DNA of 64,000 nucleotides from an uncultured Actinomycetota bacterium (GCA_963732695.1 CAVTAP010000017.1:387460-451459); one strand, 5' to 3'; shown: positions 17,401 through 29,227, numbered from the stretch's first letter. The notes: a model not told the origin generated them from the letters alone. Program-made: numbers and translations.

Positions 17401-19586
17401 GTCTCCGCCGCGCTGGGGGGCGGCACCAGCGGAACGGACTGATCGCAGAAGCCGGTGGGGCCGGAGCTGAAGTCGGGGGCGGTCAGGCCGTCCTCGAAGG
17501 CCACGCTGTCGATCACGAGGGCCGGGCCGTTGATGTTGACGGCCCGGTACAGCGTCGGCCCGCAGGTGCCGCCCGAGGTGTAGGTGGCGCTGAGCGCCGG
17601 GTGGTTCTCGACGGCGGTGAGGGTGTGGGTGCGGGGCGCCCCGCTGCTCCACCCGGCGAAGGTGCGCAGCACGCCGCCAACGCAGGCTTCGGCCGGCGCC
17701 GAGATCACGTGCTGGGCCCCGACGGCGGTGTCGAGCACCGACGGGACGGGCTCGGTGATGCCGTCGATGGTGATGTTCACCGGGGCGTCGGCGGTGATGT
17801 CCACGGCGGTCTTGACCGGGTCCAGGTCGAGCACCTCGGTGTCGGTGAGGCCGTCGGAGTCGGTGGCGGTCAGCGTGACCCGGTAGCCGGTGGCCCCCTC
17901 CCAGCTGTGACCGCTGGAGCTCGGAACCGGCAGGGTGATGGTCGATCCGGTGCCGGAGGACACGGGGTGGGTGTGCTCGTCGTGGCGGAACACGATGTTC
18001 CAGGCCAGCGCGCCGGCGGGTAGGGGACCGTCGTCGGGGTCGGTGGCCGACCCCTCGATCACGATCGTGTCGCCGGCGCGGAAGGTGGTGATCGTCGGGC
18101 CCGTGATGGCGGCCGCCGGCGGTTGGCCCACCTGGATGGAGATGGGGGCGCCGGTGGTGCTGTCGCCGTTCGCCGTGACCGTGAGCTGCGCGGTGTAGGC
18201 GCCGGCGTCGGCGTAGGTCTTCGTCGGGTTGGCGGTGGCGGCCGACGTGCCGTCGCCGAAGTCCCACCGGTAGGTGACGGCGTCGCCGTCGAGGTCGGTG
18301 GCCGAGGCGGCGAAGGCGACGCTCAGGGGCGCCGGGCCGGATGTGGGGGCGGCGGTGGCCTGGGTGATGGTGGGGGGGTGGGTGACGGTGCCGGTGTAGC
18401 GGAGGCGGCGGAGTTGGCCGCTCCCGAAGCCGTAGTGCATCCAGTAGATGGCCCCGTCGACCGGGCTCACCCCGATCCACACCGGTGTGCCGCCGGCCAG
18501 CGACGGCTGCATCAGCTCGCCCGATGAGGCGGTGTTGCCGTTGCGCTCCAGCCAGAAGAAGGTGCGGGTGGCGTAGTCGGCGTACACGTAGGTGCCCACG
18601 AACGACGTCGGGTAGGCCGACCCGCGGTAGATCTCGCCCCCCGTGATCGAGCGGTTCTGGCAGCAGCCGCCGCCGGCGTCGTGGCTGTAGCTGAAGAGCG
18701 GACCGGTGATCCCCGTCGGGCAGTTGGACCCGTTCTTGGGTGGCCCCAGCGGCCCTTCGCACACGGGCCACCCGTAGTTCGCCCCGGGCTGTATGAGGTC
18801 GACCTCCTCGTAGGCGGTGGGGGCGTTGTTACCGCCCACATCACCCATCCAGTAGTCGCCCGTGGCCCGGTCGAACGACGAGCGGAAACCGTTGCGGATT
18901 CCGATGGCGTAGATCTCGTCGATGTTGGGGCCCGACCCGTCGTAGAACGGGTTGTCGCTGGGGACCGAACCGTCGGGGGCGAAGCGGAGAACCTTGCCGA
19001 ACACCGTCGTGAGCAGCTGCGAATTCCCGCCCACCAGGTTGTCGCCGGTCGACAGGTAGAGCATGCCGTCGGGACCGAAATTCAGTGAGCCACCGATGTG
19101 GTAGTTGTCGACGCCCATCGACGGGCCGGGGTTGAGCCAGATCAGGGTGCGGCTGGCCAGGGTGGCGGTGCCGGTGGCGGCCAGGGTGAAGCGGTCGACC
19201 CGGAGCCGACGGGAGGAGAGCTCACTCGAGTAGGTGTAGAAGCGGCTGTTGGTGGCGAAGTCGGGGTCGACGGCTATGTCGAGGAGGCCCGATTCCCCGC
19301 TCGACAGCACGCCGGGCACGGTGAAGAGCTGGGTCGACGCGGAGGTTGCCGGGTTCACGAGGTAGACGTTGCCGGCGGTGGTGATGGTGAGCAGGCGCCC
19401 GTCGGGCAGGAAGTCGGCGCTCACCGAACCCGTCCAGTTCCCACCGGCCACGAACTCGTCGACGATGTCCGCCGGGTCGAGGGCCGGGGCCGCCGCCGTG
19501 GGGGCGGGATCGAGCAGCGTCGTGCCCACCAGCACGGATGCGCTGAGAACCGCCAAGGATGCGAGAAGAAATGCGAGCCGCCTCAT
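14496..19586 (-). CDS. Giant secreted multidomain protein: PQQ-dependent sugar dehydrogenase-like beta-propeller, PKD/Ig domains, carbohydrate-binding-like domain, then about 7 SbsA/Big_5-type Ig domains interleaved with three copies of an unassigned ~105-aa module
   Basis: ORF 14496..19655 with a likely start at ATG 19586 (MRRLAFLLASLAVLSASVLVG). SGESGLLDIAVDPDF and HIGGSLNFGPDGMLYLSTGD (soluble glucose/sorbosone dehydrogenase type). PKD-like YRWDFGDGTSA. Repeats of the type TTPPSVVSVTPAGGASGVATGATVTVNFTEPV...TTYRVSVSTAVRDLAGNPL. Confidence 0.85.
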   Translation of the reverse strand: MRRLAFLLASLAVLSASVLVGTTLLDPAPTAAAPALDPADIVDEFVAGGNWTGSVSADFLPDGRLLTITTAGNVYLVNPATSASTQLFTVPGVLSSGESGLLDIAVDPDFATNSRFYTYSSELSSRRLRVDRFTLAATGTATLASRTLIWLNPGPSMGVDNYHIGGSLNFGPDGMLYLSTGDNLVGGNSQLLTTVFGKVLRFAPDGSVPSDNPFYDGSGPNIDEIYAIGIRNGFRSSFDRATGDYWMGDVGGNNAPTAYEEVDLIQPGANYGWPVCEGPLGPPKNGSNCPTGITGPLFSYSHDAGGGCCQNRSITGGEIYRGSAYPTSFVGTYVYADYATRTFFWLERNGNTASSGELMQPSLAGGTPVWIGVSPVDGAIYWMHYGFGSGQLRRLRYTGTVTHPPTITQATAAPTSGPAPLSVAFAASATDLDGDAVTYRWDFGDGTSAATANPTKTYADAGAYTAQLTVTANGDSTTGAPISIQVGQPPAAAITGPTITTFRAGDTIVIEGSATDPDDGPLPAGALAWNIVFRHDEHTHPVSSGTGSTITLPVPSSSGHSWEGATGYRVTLTATDSDGLTDTEVLDLDPVKTAVDITADAPVNITIDGITEPVPSVLDTAVGAQHVISAPAEACVGGVLRTFAGWSSGAPRTHTLTAVENHPALSATYTSGGTCGPTLYRAVNINGPALVIDSVAFEDGLTAPDFSSGPTGFCDQSVPLVPPPSAAETEMIRCSTYGFGNAVTTMTNVPNGSYTVEYWVWEDNDSETFTPSINGVVQPTIVSGGAGTWQKVGPVPVVVTANQIQLSAVGGASNFSGIRVWQSTPQADTTPPSVVSVTPAGGASGVATGATVTVNFTEPVTANGGVTLAVVGGAAVPTTTSTSGSTITLAPAGPLSPGTTYRVSVSTAVRDLAANPLASATTSTFTIASAPPTDTTAPTVASVLPANGASGLPTSSTVSVTFSEPVAPNGGISLAVDGGAVVPTAATVSGNTVTLTPSGPLGAGTAYRLSVTTAVRDLAGNPLASGSFTTFITGAAPANTELEVSRASTRNPAQPLAGSTWTPGEQVYVFLDVATPAVGVRFHLDTPVTGTPVHLESLSPWDFNGGSAIEAFPYVNGLSNGSHTITAVLTRTDGGTDIYSATFTVGTAPPPPDTTPPLVNGVAPANGATGVATTATPAVTFSEPVNANDGVTLAVDGGAAVTATATASGNTVTLTPSAPLATGTTYRVSVSSAVQDLAGNPLADASSATFTTAAAPPPPDTTPPTVQSVTPAPDATAVATGTSVTVRFSEAVAANGGVTLAVDGGAPVATTVSGSGDTVILTPSAPLATGTTYRVGVSTAVRDLAGNPVGAASSTTFATAATPPPPTGGTELKVSRAPSRAPAAPLSGNTWTPGEQVYVFLDVTDPAIGVRFFLDGPVTGSPVRIEGAAPWDFAGGAVATAFPHTNTLPNGSHTISAVLTRPNGTTATYSATFTVGTTPPPPDTTAPTVQSVNPLGGATGVSTGATVIVTFSEPVLPNGGVTLALDGGATVPATVATSGNTVTLTPSQALGAAATYRVSVSTAVRDAAGNPLGAVSSTTFTTTVGPPVDTSLKVSRAASRSPAVPLAGNVSTVGEPLYVFLDVTTPGVNVRFFLDTPTTGTPFRIENLAPWDFGGGAVATANPYIATLSRGSHTISAVLTRTDGTTITYSATFTVA

Positions 19587-19668
19587 GGGACGCACACGGT
19601 ACGCTTCGTTCCGGCGGCTGGCATTGAGTCGATTGACCACATATGTATGTCGCACTTAAGACGCTACA

Positions 19669-19706
19669 AATGAAGGATCATCGGCAATGAAAGATCGGTA
19701 ATCGGC
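19669..19706. promoter_or_regulatory. Imperfect direct repeat AATGAAgGATC..TCGGC / AATGAAaGATC..TCGGC in an AT-rich divergent intergenic region
   Basis: Read directly between the giant gene (minus strand) and the lipoprotein gene (plus strand). No regulator assigned. Confidence 0.3.
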
Positions 19707-19764
19707 GCGTTTTCGCTGCTAGAGGGATCGCAATGTCGATCAGTCTGGGAGATATTCTTCAGAT

Positions 19765-20166
19765 ATGGGGGGCGATATGTCTCAATCAAAGATTATGGCC
19801 AAGCTGGCGGGTGGTTGTTTATCCAGTATGTTGGTGGCAGTAGCCTGTTCAAGTGGTGGTGGTGCGGCAGGCGACGGATCGGACGGGTCCCCGGTGTCGG
19901 CGCCGGCCGGTGGGGAGGAGGCCCCATCGGCGGCCGGTGGCGACACCGCGACGGTGCGCTCGCCGGCGGCCTTCGCCGAGTACTACCGCAAGCTCGGGGT
20001 GGCCGAGCCGGTGGTCACCTGTTACGTCGATGCGTTGGCGGAGCTCGGTGTGGTATCACTCGATCAGCTGGAGGCCGACCAGGAGCTGGGGGCCCGGGCC
20101 GCCGACCGGTTCGACCGGTGCGTGGCCGACGGCGGTGGGGATCCGGTGGCGACGCCGACCACGTGA
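19765..20166 (+). CDS. Putative lipoprotein
   Basis: Lipobox-like LVAVACSSG after a hydrophobic N-terminus. The start is ambiguous (ATG at 19765, 19777 or 19795). Confidence 0.55.
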   Translation: MGGDMSQSKIMAKLAGGCLSSMLVAVACSSGGGAAGDGSDGSPVSAPAGGEEAPSAAGGDTATVRSPAAFAEYYRKLGVAEPVVTCYVDALAELGVVSLDQLEADQELGARAADRFDRCVADGGGDPVATPTT

Positions 20167-20178
20167 CCGGTCGCCGGA

Positions 20179-20844
20179 TCAGGGCCTCCCGGCGTCGGCG
20201 TCACGGCCGGCATCGGGCGCGGGACCGAAGCGGACGCTGCTCTCGTGCTCCTGAGCCAGGCGCCGCAGGGCGCTGGCGATCACCTCGCCGGCCAGGGTGC
20301 CGATCACGATGTACTCGACCGCCTCGGAACGGGCGATGTCGGTGGGTACGGCCGCCAGGTCGGCCCGGGCCCGGGCCTGGGCCGCTTCGGCCACCGGGCG
20401 CAGGTCGTGGGCCGAGCGGGCGAGGTCGTTGCGCGACATCATGACCAGGGCGTCGGCCAGCATCTCGCGGGACTGGCTCTCGTCCCGCACCTGCCATCCC
20501 ACGGCGTCCATCAGGTCGTCGATCACCTCGTGGGCGGCGGCCCGCTCGTCGTCGTCGCCCAGCCCGTGGCGGGGGGTGATGGCGTCGTGGGCCACGCCGA
20601 AGGCGCCGTGCAGCGACAGGGACTCGTCGTCGACCGCCGTCACCACGGCATGGACGTCGGCGATGGCCAAACCGCCCACCTCGATCAGGGTCCGGACGAG
20701 CCGGAGGCGCCGTACGTGGTCGTCGCCGTAGTCGGCCTGGGTGCGGCCCCGGCTGGTGCCGGGCGGCAGGAGACCCTCGCGCAGGTAGTACTTGATCGTC
20801 GGCACCGGCACACCGGCCCGCTGGCTCAGCTCACTGATCCGCAT
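20179..20844 (-). CDS. MerR-family transcriptional regulator
   Basis: ATG at 20844. MRISELSQRAGVPVPTIKYYLREGLLPPG...DDHVRRLRLVRTLIEVGGLAIADV is a canonical MerR HTH plus coiled coil. Confidence 0.85.
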   Translation of the reverse strand: MRISELSQRAGVPVPTIKYYLREGLLPPGTSRGRTQADYGDDHVRRLRLVRTLIEVGGLAIADVHAVVTAVDDESLSLHGAFGVAHDAITPRHGLGDDDERAAAHEVIDDLMDAVGWQVRDESQSREMLADALVMMSRNDLARSAHDLRPVAEAAQARARADLAAVPTDIARSEAVEYIVIGTLAGEVIASALRRLAQEHESSVRFGPAPDAGRDADAGRP

Positions 20845-20865
20845 CGGTGATCCTTGACATCCCAG

Positions 20866-20907
20866 TTGGATAGTAGCACTATCCAAAATGGATAGTGAAG
20901 CTATCCA
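20866..20907. promoter_or_regulatory. Two tandem MerR-type operator palindromes next to a TTGACA -35 box
   Basis: TTGGATAGT-AGC-ACTATCCAA (20866-20886, perfect) and TGGATAGT-GAA-GCTATCCA (20889-20907, one mismatch). TTGACA at 20854-20859. Located between merR and the DUF4188 gene. Confidence 0.6.
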
Positions 20908-20933
20908 ACACGGCGGACCAGAGGAGTGCAGGT

Positions 20934-21449
20934 ATGGCGAGGAAACGGCGACCGGTGAGTCTCCCGGTGCAGGCGGGCCGTTACACGGCGGAGATCGACG
21001 GCGATTTCGTGGTTTTCACGATCGGGATGCGGATCAACCGGCCGTGGAAGGTCCACAAGTGGGTGCCGGTGTTCCGGGCCATGCGGCCGATGATGGTGAC
21101 GCTGTCGCAGAACCCGGCCAAGGGGCTCCTGGGGTCGAGGGCCACGTTGAGCGGGCGCACGGTGGCGATGGTGCAGTACTGGCGGAGCTTTCAGGATCTG
21201 GAGCGGTTCGCCCGTGATTCCGAAGACCCGCACCTCGAGGCCTGGAGACGGTTCAACCAGGCGGTCGGGTCGAGCGGCGACGTGGGCATCTTCCACGAGA
21301 CGTTCCAGGTGCAGGCCGGCGGCTACGAGTGCCTGTACGGCAACATGCCGCGCTACGGGCTGGCCGCCGCCGGCCGCAGCGTGAAGATCGGGGAGCGGAC
21401 CGACACCGCCCGCCAGCGGATGGGTTCAGCGTCGGTGCCGGCGAGCTGA
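20934..21449 (+). CDS. DUF4188-domain protein
   Basis: ATG at 20934 after GAGGAG. GDFVVFTIGMRINRPWKVHKWVPVFRAM...MVQYWRSFQDLERFA matches my recollection of DUF4188 proteins commonly paired with MerR/TetR regulators. Confidence 0.65.
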   Translation: MARKRRPVSLPVQAGRYTAEIDGDFVVFTIGMRINRPWKVHKWVPVFRAMRPMMVTLSQNPAKGLLGSRATLSGRTVAMVQYWRSFQDLERFARDSEDPHLEAWRRFNQAVGSSGDVGIFHETFQVQAGGYECLYGNMPRYGLAAAGRSVKIGERTDTARQRMGSASVPAS

Positions 21450-21551
21450 ACGACGGTCCCGGGCTCATCCCGCGGCCGGTAGGGGGCGTCCAGTGGCAAG
21501 ACCCAAGTGCTGCATAATGTCGGTTATGTCTGAAACCGGGGATTGATCCGA

Positions 21552-22520
21552 TCAGGGGGCCCAGACGTCGTTGGACAGGCCGACGACCTTCCAGCCGTCG
21601 GGTTCACGGTCCAGGTAGACGTACCAGGCCGACCAGTCGAGCCCGTCGGCCGCCGGATCGTCGCCCGGGTCGAACACGGTCACATGGTGGAATCCGGCCA
21701 GCTCGGGCCGGATGACCGACCCCGGTATCCGACTGCTGGGCCCGCTGGCCAGATCGTCGACGGTCACCACAGCGTCGGTGTCGTCGTGGGTGCCTACGAA
21801 CGGCTCGGCCACCTGGTCGGCGAAGGTGGCCGAGACGCACGGATCGCCGCACGCCGGGCCGGTCCACGAACGAACTGTTGTATCGGTCAGGATCCCGGCC
21901 AGGTCGTCGGCCGTGAACCGCAGCATCCGGGGCCGGTCGTCGTAGTACAGGCCGTGGGCCGAGACCAGCGGCCGTAGATCCCCTCGCGCCGCCAGGACCC
22001 GGGACAGATCGGCCACCACCTGCTCCGGCGCGGGGTCGGCGGCGAACTCGGCCGCCGTCATCTGCGGCGTCAGGTAGGCGGCGTTGACCCAGCCGGCGGT
22101 GTTCCCCTTCCTGACCTCGTACCACGGCTGGCCGTCGTGGCTGGCGGCCCCGCCGGTGGTCGTCACGCCGGTGGCGTTCCAGGCCAGGTCGCCGATCTTC
22201 GATGCCGCCGGGTCGGCCTGCTGGCGCACGGCCAGGGTGTCGTTGTCGGCCACCAGCACCACGTTCCACTGCGCGTTCGCCAGCGCCGGCCGGCCCGAGG
22301 GGGTCGGGCCGGTGGAGCCGGTGTCGGCGCCGCCGCTGGTCGGGCTCCCCCCGGTGTCACCGGTCCCGGGAGACGTGACCTCGGTGCCCGGCGACGAGGT
22401 GACGCTGACGGCCGAACCGTCGGCCGTCCCCTCCTCGTTGTCGCTGCAGGCGGAGGTGGCGGCCAACAGGAGCCCGATGGCCAGAACGGACGGACGGGGG
22501 CGGCGGCGTCGTTGCCTCAT
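21552..22520 (-). CDS. Lipoprotein with SH3b-like segment
   Basis: RRRRPRPSVLAIGLLLAATSACS lipobox and a low-complexity linker. LAVRQQADPAASKIGDLAWN...PWYEVRKGNTAGWVNAAYLT is SH3b-like. Confidence 0.55.
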   Translation of the reverse strand: MRQRRRRPRPSVLAIGLLLAATSACSDNEEGTADGSAVSVTSSPGTEVTSPGTGDTGGSPTSGGADTGSTGPTPSGRPALANAQWNVVLVADNDTLAVRQQADPAASKIGDLAWNATGVTTTGGAASHDGQPWYEVRKGNTAGWVNAAYLTPQMTAAEFAADPAPEQVVADLSRVLAARGDLRPLVSAHGLYYDDRPRMLRFTADDLAGILTDTTVRSWTGPACGDPCVSATFADQVAEPFVGTHDDTDAVVTVDDLASGPSSRIPGSVIRPELAGFHHVTVFDPGDDPAADGLDWSAWYVYLDREPDGWKVVGLSNDVWAP

Positions 22521-22638
22521 ACGTCACTCCTACTCCGGAACCGGTGGCGTGACCAGGGGCGAACGCCACCACTCCCCCGCCGCTCTCCCCGCGTCGAGTC
22601 GGAGCCGGAGCCGGGCCCAGCGACGGGGCCAGCAGGCG

Positions 22639-25653
<3,015 letters not shown>

Positions 25654-25679
25654 GGGGGGCAATGCTACCGGCGCCCGGC

Positions 25680-27359
25680 TCACCCGAGCCGGAGCACGGT
25701 GTCGGCCCGGGCCAGGGCGACCGGCCGGTTCGACGCCGCCAGCACGGTGAAGCCGGCGGCGGCCAGCCTGTCCCACAGGGCCTGCTCGGTCTCGGCGTCG
25801 AGGGCCGACGTCAGGTCGTCGAGCACGAGCAGCTCGGGCCGCTGGGCCAGCGCCCGGGCCGCCGCCGCCCGCTGGGCCTGGCCTCCCGACAGGCGAACCC
25901 CCCGGGCCCCGATGCGGGTGCCGAGCCTCTCGGGGAACCCGGCAACGTCGTCGTCGAAGGCGGCCAGGGCGATGGCGTCGGCCAGCTCGTCGTCGCCGAT
26001 CGGGTGCCCCAGGCGCAGGTTGTCGGCCAGGCTCTCGGCGAACAGGCGGGGCACCTGGGCCACGAAGGCGCACTGGGGCGGCACGAAGAAGGCGGCCCGG
26101 TCGGCGATCGGCCGGCCGTTCCACCGCACCTCGCCCCGCTCGAGGGGCAGGAGGCCCACCACCGCCCGCAGCAGGGACGTCTTGCCCGCCCCCACCGGGC
26201 CGGCCATCACCACCAGCTGGCCCCGCTCGATCGTCAGGTCAACGCCCTCCACGCCCCGGCCCGCCACGGTGAGGTCGCGCAGCTCGAGGCGCTCCAGGGG
26301 GATCCGGCCGGGGCGGACGGGGCCGGCCGCCGGCCCTCCGCCCAGGATCGGAAGCTGGCGGTGCACGATCATGGGGTCGGGCCGGCCGGCGTCGGCCTCG
26401 GGTAGCAGCACGTCCATGCGGTCGGCCGACACCTGGTAGCGCCGTCGGCCCACCACCAGCGCGCTGATCCGCATCGGGACCCACACCATGCCGGTGAGCA
26501 GTGTGGCGAACAGGGCGATCTGGCCGGTGTCGAGGCCGCGGCGGGCCGCTACCACCAGGGCCAGGCCCACGAACAGGTCGGCCATGGCGGTGTTGGCCGA
26601 CCACAGCATCTCGTTCCAGGTCTGGTCGAGCACGGCGGTGCCGGCCCGGCGGTCGTTGAGCGTGTCGAGCCGGCGGAGCACGTCGCGCTGGGCCCCGGCC
26701 ACCTTCACCGTGAGCGAAGCGGTGATGGCGGCGGTGAGGAAGTCGCTCACGGCGCTGGCCGACTCCCGGGCCCGGGCCCGGTACCGGCGGGCCAGGGAGC
26801 CCACGAACCGGTTGGCCACGCCCACCACCACCATGGGCCCGACGCCGGCCAGGGTGGCCCACGGGTCGATGCGGCACAGGACGGCCACCGTGCCCGCCGA
26901 GTAGAACAGCAGCCCGATGAGGTCGATCCAGTTGTCGAGGAGGAACACCATGTCGAACGGGTCGTCCCGCAGGCGGACCAGGATGTCGCCCACCGGCACC
27001 GACCGGGGTCCGGCCTCCGCTCCCCCACTGGCCAGCTGGGCGTTCAGGGTGTTCACCCGCATGAGGCCCTTGGCCGACTCCACCCCCTGCATGTAGGTCA
27101 CATGGGCGATGCGGATGAGCATCGCCGTGGCGATGTAGGCGGCCAGCAGGCAGCCGAGCAGGAACCAGAATCGGCCGCCGGTCCCGGAGGACTGGAGGCG
27201 TCCGAACACCCGGCCCACCAGCCAGCCGGTGGCCAGGGGCGTGACGAACCACACCGTCCAGCCGGCCGAGCCCAGCCAGTACCAGCGACCCCGGTAGCCC
27301 ACCAGGTGGATCATCCGGCGCTCGCCGTGGAACATGCGGGACCGCGGGGTGGCGTTCAT
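25680..27359 (-). CDS. ABC transporter permease/ATP-binding protein (exporter half-transporter)
   Basis: ATG at 27359 (MNATPRS), ATGA-coupled to the upstream partner. Six-TM-type N-terminus. Walker A GPVGAGKTS, signature LSGGQAQR, Walker B LLVLDD. Confidence 0.9.
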   Translation of the reverse strand: MNATPRSRMFHGERRMIHLVGYRGRWYWLGSAGWTVWFVTPLATGWLVGRVFGRLQSSGTGGRFWFLLGCLLAAYIATAMLIRIAHVTYMQGVESAKGLMRVNTLNAQLASGGAEAGPRSVPVGDILVRLRDDPFDMVFLLDNWIDLIGLLFYSAGTVAVLCRIDPWATLAGVGPMVVVGVANRFVGSLARRYRARARESASAVSDFLTAAITASLTVKVAGAQRDVLRRLDTLNDRRAGTAVLDQTWNEMLWSANTAMADLFVGLALVVAARRGLDTGQIALFATLLTGMVWVPMRISALVVGRRRYQVSADRMDVLLPEADAGRPDPMIVHRQLPILGGGPAAGPVRPGRIPLERLELRDLTVAGRGVEGVDLTIERGQLVVMAGPVGAGKTSLLRAVVGLLPLERGEVRWNGRPIADRAAFFVPPQCAFVAQVPRLFAESLADNLRLGHPIGDDELADAIALAAFDDDVAGFPERLGTRIGARGVRLSGGQAQRAAAARALAQRPELLVLDDLTSALDAETEQALWDRLAAAGFTVLAASNRPVALARADTVLRLG

Positions 27360-29146
27360 GCCAGCAACCCGCTCTCCTCGGCCGTCCGCCCGGCGGCGCC
27401 CTCCCCCATCGCCCGCAGCCGCCGGTAGCGGCTGGCGGGGTCGGCGGCCAGGACCGAGCGGGGCCCCTGTTCGACGATGCGACCGTCGGCCAGCACCACG
27501 ATGTCGTCGCAGGCGTCGAGGGTGGCCAGGCGGTGGGCGATGACGATGGCGGTGCGCCCCGCCACCAGCCGGCCCACGGCGGCGCCGATGGCGGCCTGGG
27601 TGGCGGGATCGATCCGGGACGTGGCCTCGTCGAGCACCACCACATCGGGTTGGCGCAGCAGGGCCCGGGCCAGGGCCAGGAGCTGGGCCTGGCCGGCCGA
27701 CAGGCCCACCCGGGCCCCGTCGTCGTCCCGGTCGTCGGCGGCCAGGCGGGTGTCGAGCCCGTCGGGGAGGCCCTGGAGCCAGGGCCCCAGGCCCACATCG
27801 TCGAGGGCGGCCATCAGCTCGTCGTCGCTGGCCGGGCGGAACAGCGAGACGTTGTCCCGCACCGTGCCCGGGAACAGCTGGACGTCCTGGGGTACGGCGG
27901 TGATCCGGCGGCGCAGGTCGTCGTCGCTCACCCCGGCCAGATCCACCCCACCCACCAACACCCGGCCGCCGGTGGGGCTCACCAGCCGCAGAAGGAGGCG
28001 GGCCAGCGAGGTCTTGCCCGACCCGGTGCGGCCGATCACACCGACCAGCCGGCCCGGCTCCAGCGTGAGATCGAGCGGGTGGAGGGCGGCGTTGTTGCCC
28101 TCGTCGTCGTCGTAGACGAGGCCCACGCCGTCGAAGCGGACGGCGAGCGGGCCCGGGGGCAGGGTGCCGGTGCCGGAGGTGACCTGGCGCTGCTCCCCCA
28201 CCAGCTCGGCCACCCGTTGGGCCGCCCCCGACGCCCCCTGGACCTCGGTGAGCCGCCAGCTCAGGTGGTCGATCTTGTCGGCCACCAGCTGCACCAGGCG
28301 AAACCCGAACAGCACGGCGGCCACGTCGACCCAGCCTCGGGTGAAGGCGAAAGCCCCGTAGGCCACCACCCCCACCAGCGCCCCGGCCACGGCGATGCGG
28401 ATGTCGCCCTGCATCCGCATCTGGGCCCGGGTCCGCTCCCGGGTGGCGATCACCATGTCGGCCACCCGGTCGGCCATCCGGGCCGATCCGAACGCCCCCG
28501 CTCCCAGCGTGGCCACGTCGTCGGCCCCGGCCAGGTACTGCTCGGCCTCGCTCATGGCGGCGGCCTCGGCCGCCCGCTCGATCACGGTCTCGGTCACCGA
28601 CACGTTGCGTACCAGCCAGGTGACCGTGCCCAGCAGCGCGATCCCGGCCGCCACCCCCGGCAGCAGTGCCGGCTCGGCCACACCGGCCACCACCACCGTG
28701 CCGGCGGCCAGCACGACGATGGCCAGCACCTGGGCCACCACGGTGGCCAGGAACTGGGTCATGAGGTTGATGTCGCCGTCCACCCGGGTCACGAGCTCGC
28801 CCGGGGTGCGGTCGCGGTGGAAGGCCAGGTCGGCCCGCAGCACGTAGTCGGCCAGGTCGTGGCGCAGGCCGTTGGTGATCTGCCACGCCAGCACCGTGCC
28901 CCGCCAGGTGACGAGCACCATGGTGGCTGTCGACCCCAACCCGGTGAGGGCGAAGGCGGCACCGGTGACGGCCAGGGGCCCCAGCGTCGACCCCTCGGCC
29001 GCCAACCGGGCGAACCGGGCCAGCAGCACCGCCCCGGCCAGGGGCAGCGCCGTGGCGACGGCCAGCGCTCCGGCGTAGGCCGCGACCGATCGGCGGTGCG
29101 GCCGCAGCAGGGACGCCAGAAGCCGGTTCGGGGACGACGGGGTCAC
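27356..29146 (-). CDS. ABC transporter permease/ATP-binding protein (exporter half-transporter)
   Basis: 596-aa ORF. Walker A GRTGSGKTS, signature LSAGQAQ, Walker B VVVLDEATS. Confidence 0.9.
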   Translation of the reverse strand: MTPSSPNRLLASLLRPHRRSVAAYAGALAVATALPLAGAVLLARFARLAAEGSTLGPLAVTGAAFALTGLGSTATMVLVTWRGTVLAWQITNGLRHDLADYVLRADLAFHRDRTPGELVTRVDGDINLMTQFLATVVAQVLAIVVLAAGTVVVAGVAEPALLPGVAAGIALLGTVTWLVRNVSVTETVIERAAEAAAMSEAEQYLAGADDVATLGAGAFGSARMADRVADMVIATRERTRAQMRMQGDIRIAVAGALVGVVAYGAFAFTRGWVDVAAVLFGFRLVQLVADKIDHLSWRLTEVQGASGAAQRVAELVGEQRQVTSGTGTLPPGPLAVRFDGVGLVYDDDEGNNAALHPLDLTLEPGRLVGVIGRTGSGKTSLARLLLRLVSPTGGRVLVGGVDLAGVSDDDLRRRITAVPQDVQLFPGTVRDNVSLFRPASDDELMAALDDVGLGPWLQGLPDGLDTRLAADDRDDDGARVGLSAGQAQLLALARALLRQPDVVVLDEATSRIDPATQAAIGAAVGRLVAGRTAIVIAHRLATLDACDDIVVLADGRIVEQGPRSVLAADPASRYRRLRAMGEGAAGRTAEESGLLA

Positions 29147-29190
29147 CGTCCGACGCTAGCGGGAACCCTTCGGGCTGTCGGCCGTATTCC

Positions 29191-29222
29191 CGCGGGGCCG
29201 GTTCCCCCGAACCGGCCCCGCG
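29191..29222 (-). terminator. Perfect 14-bp GC-rich hairpin just downstream of the esterase gene
   Basis: CGCGGGGCCGGTTC-CCCC-GAACCGGCCCCGCG, 6 nt after the esterase stop (29228) and upstream of the ABC operon start. Confidence 0.6.
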
Positions 29223-29227
29223 GACAG

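Noticed and set aside
14568-18023. Several 570-aa-class plus-strand ORFs and a 937-aa alternate minus frame inside the giant gene
   Set aside because: Composition is Gly/Arg-dominated. The 14496-19586 frame alone carries recognisable propeller, PKD and Ig motifs.
25654-26124. 157-aa N-terminal extension of the glyQS ORF
   Set aside because: The extension is Arg/Pro/Gly junk and overlaps the 3' end of the ABC gene. The conserved GlyQ N-terminus begins at MVTMQEAV (25653).
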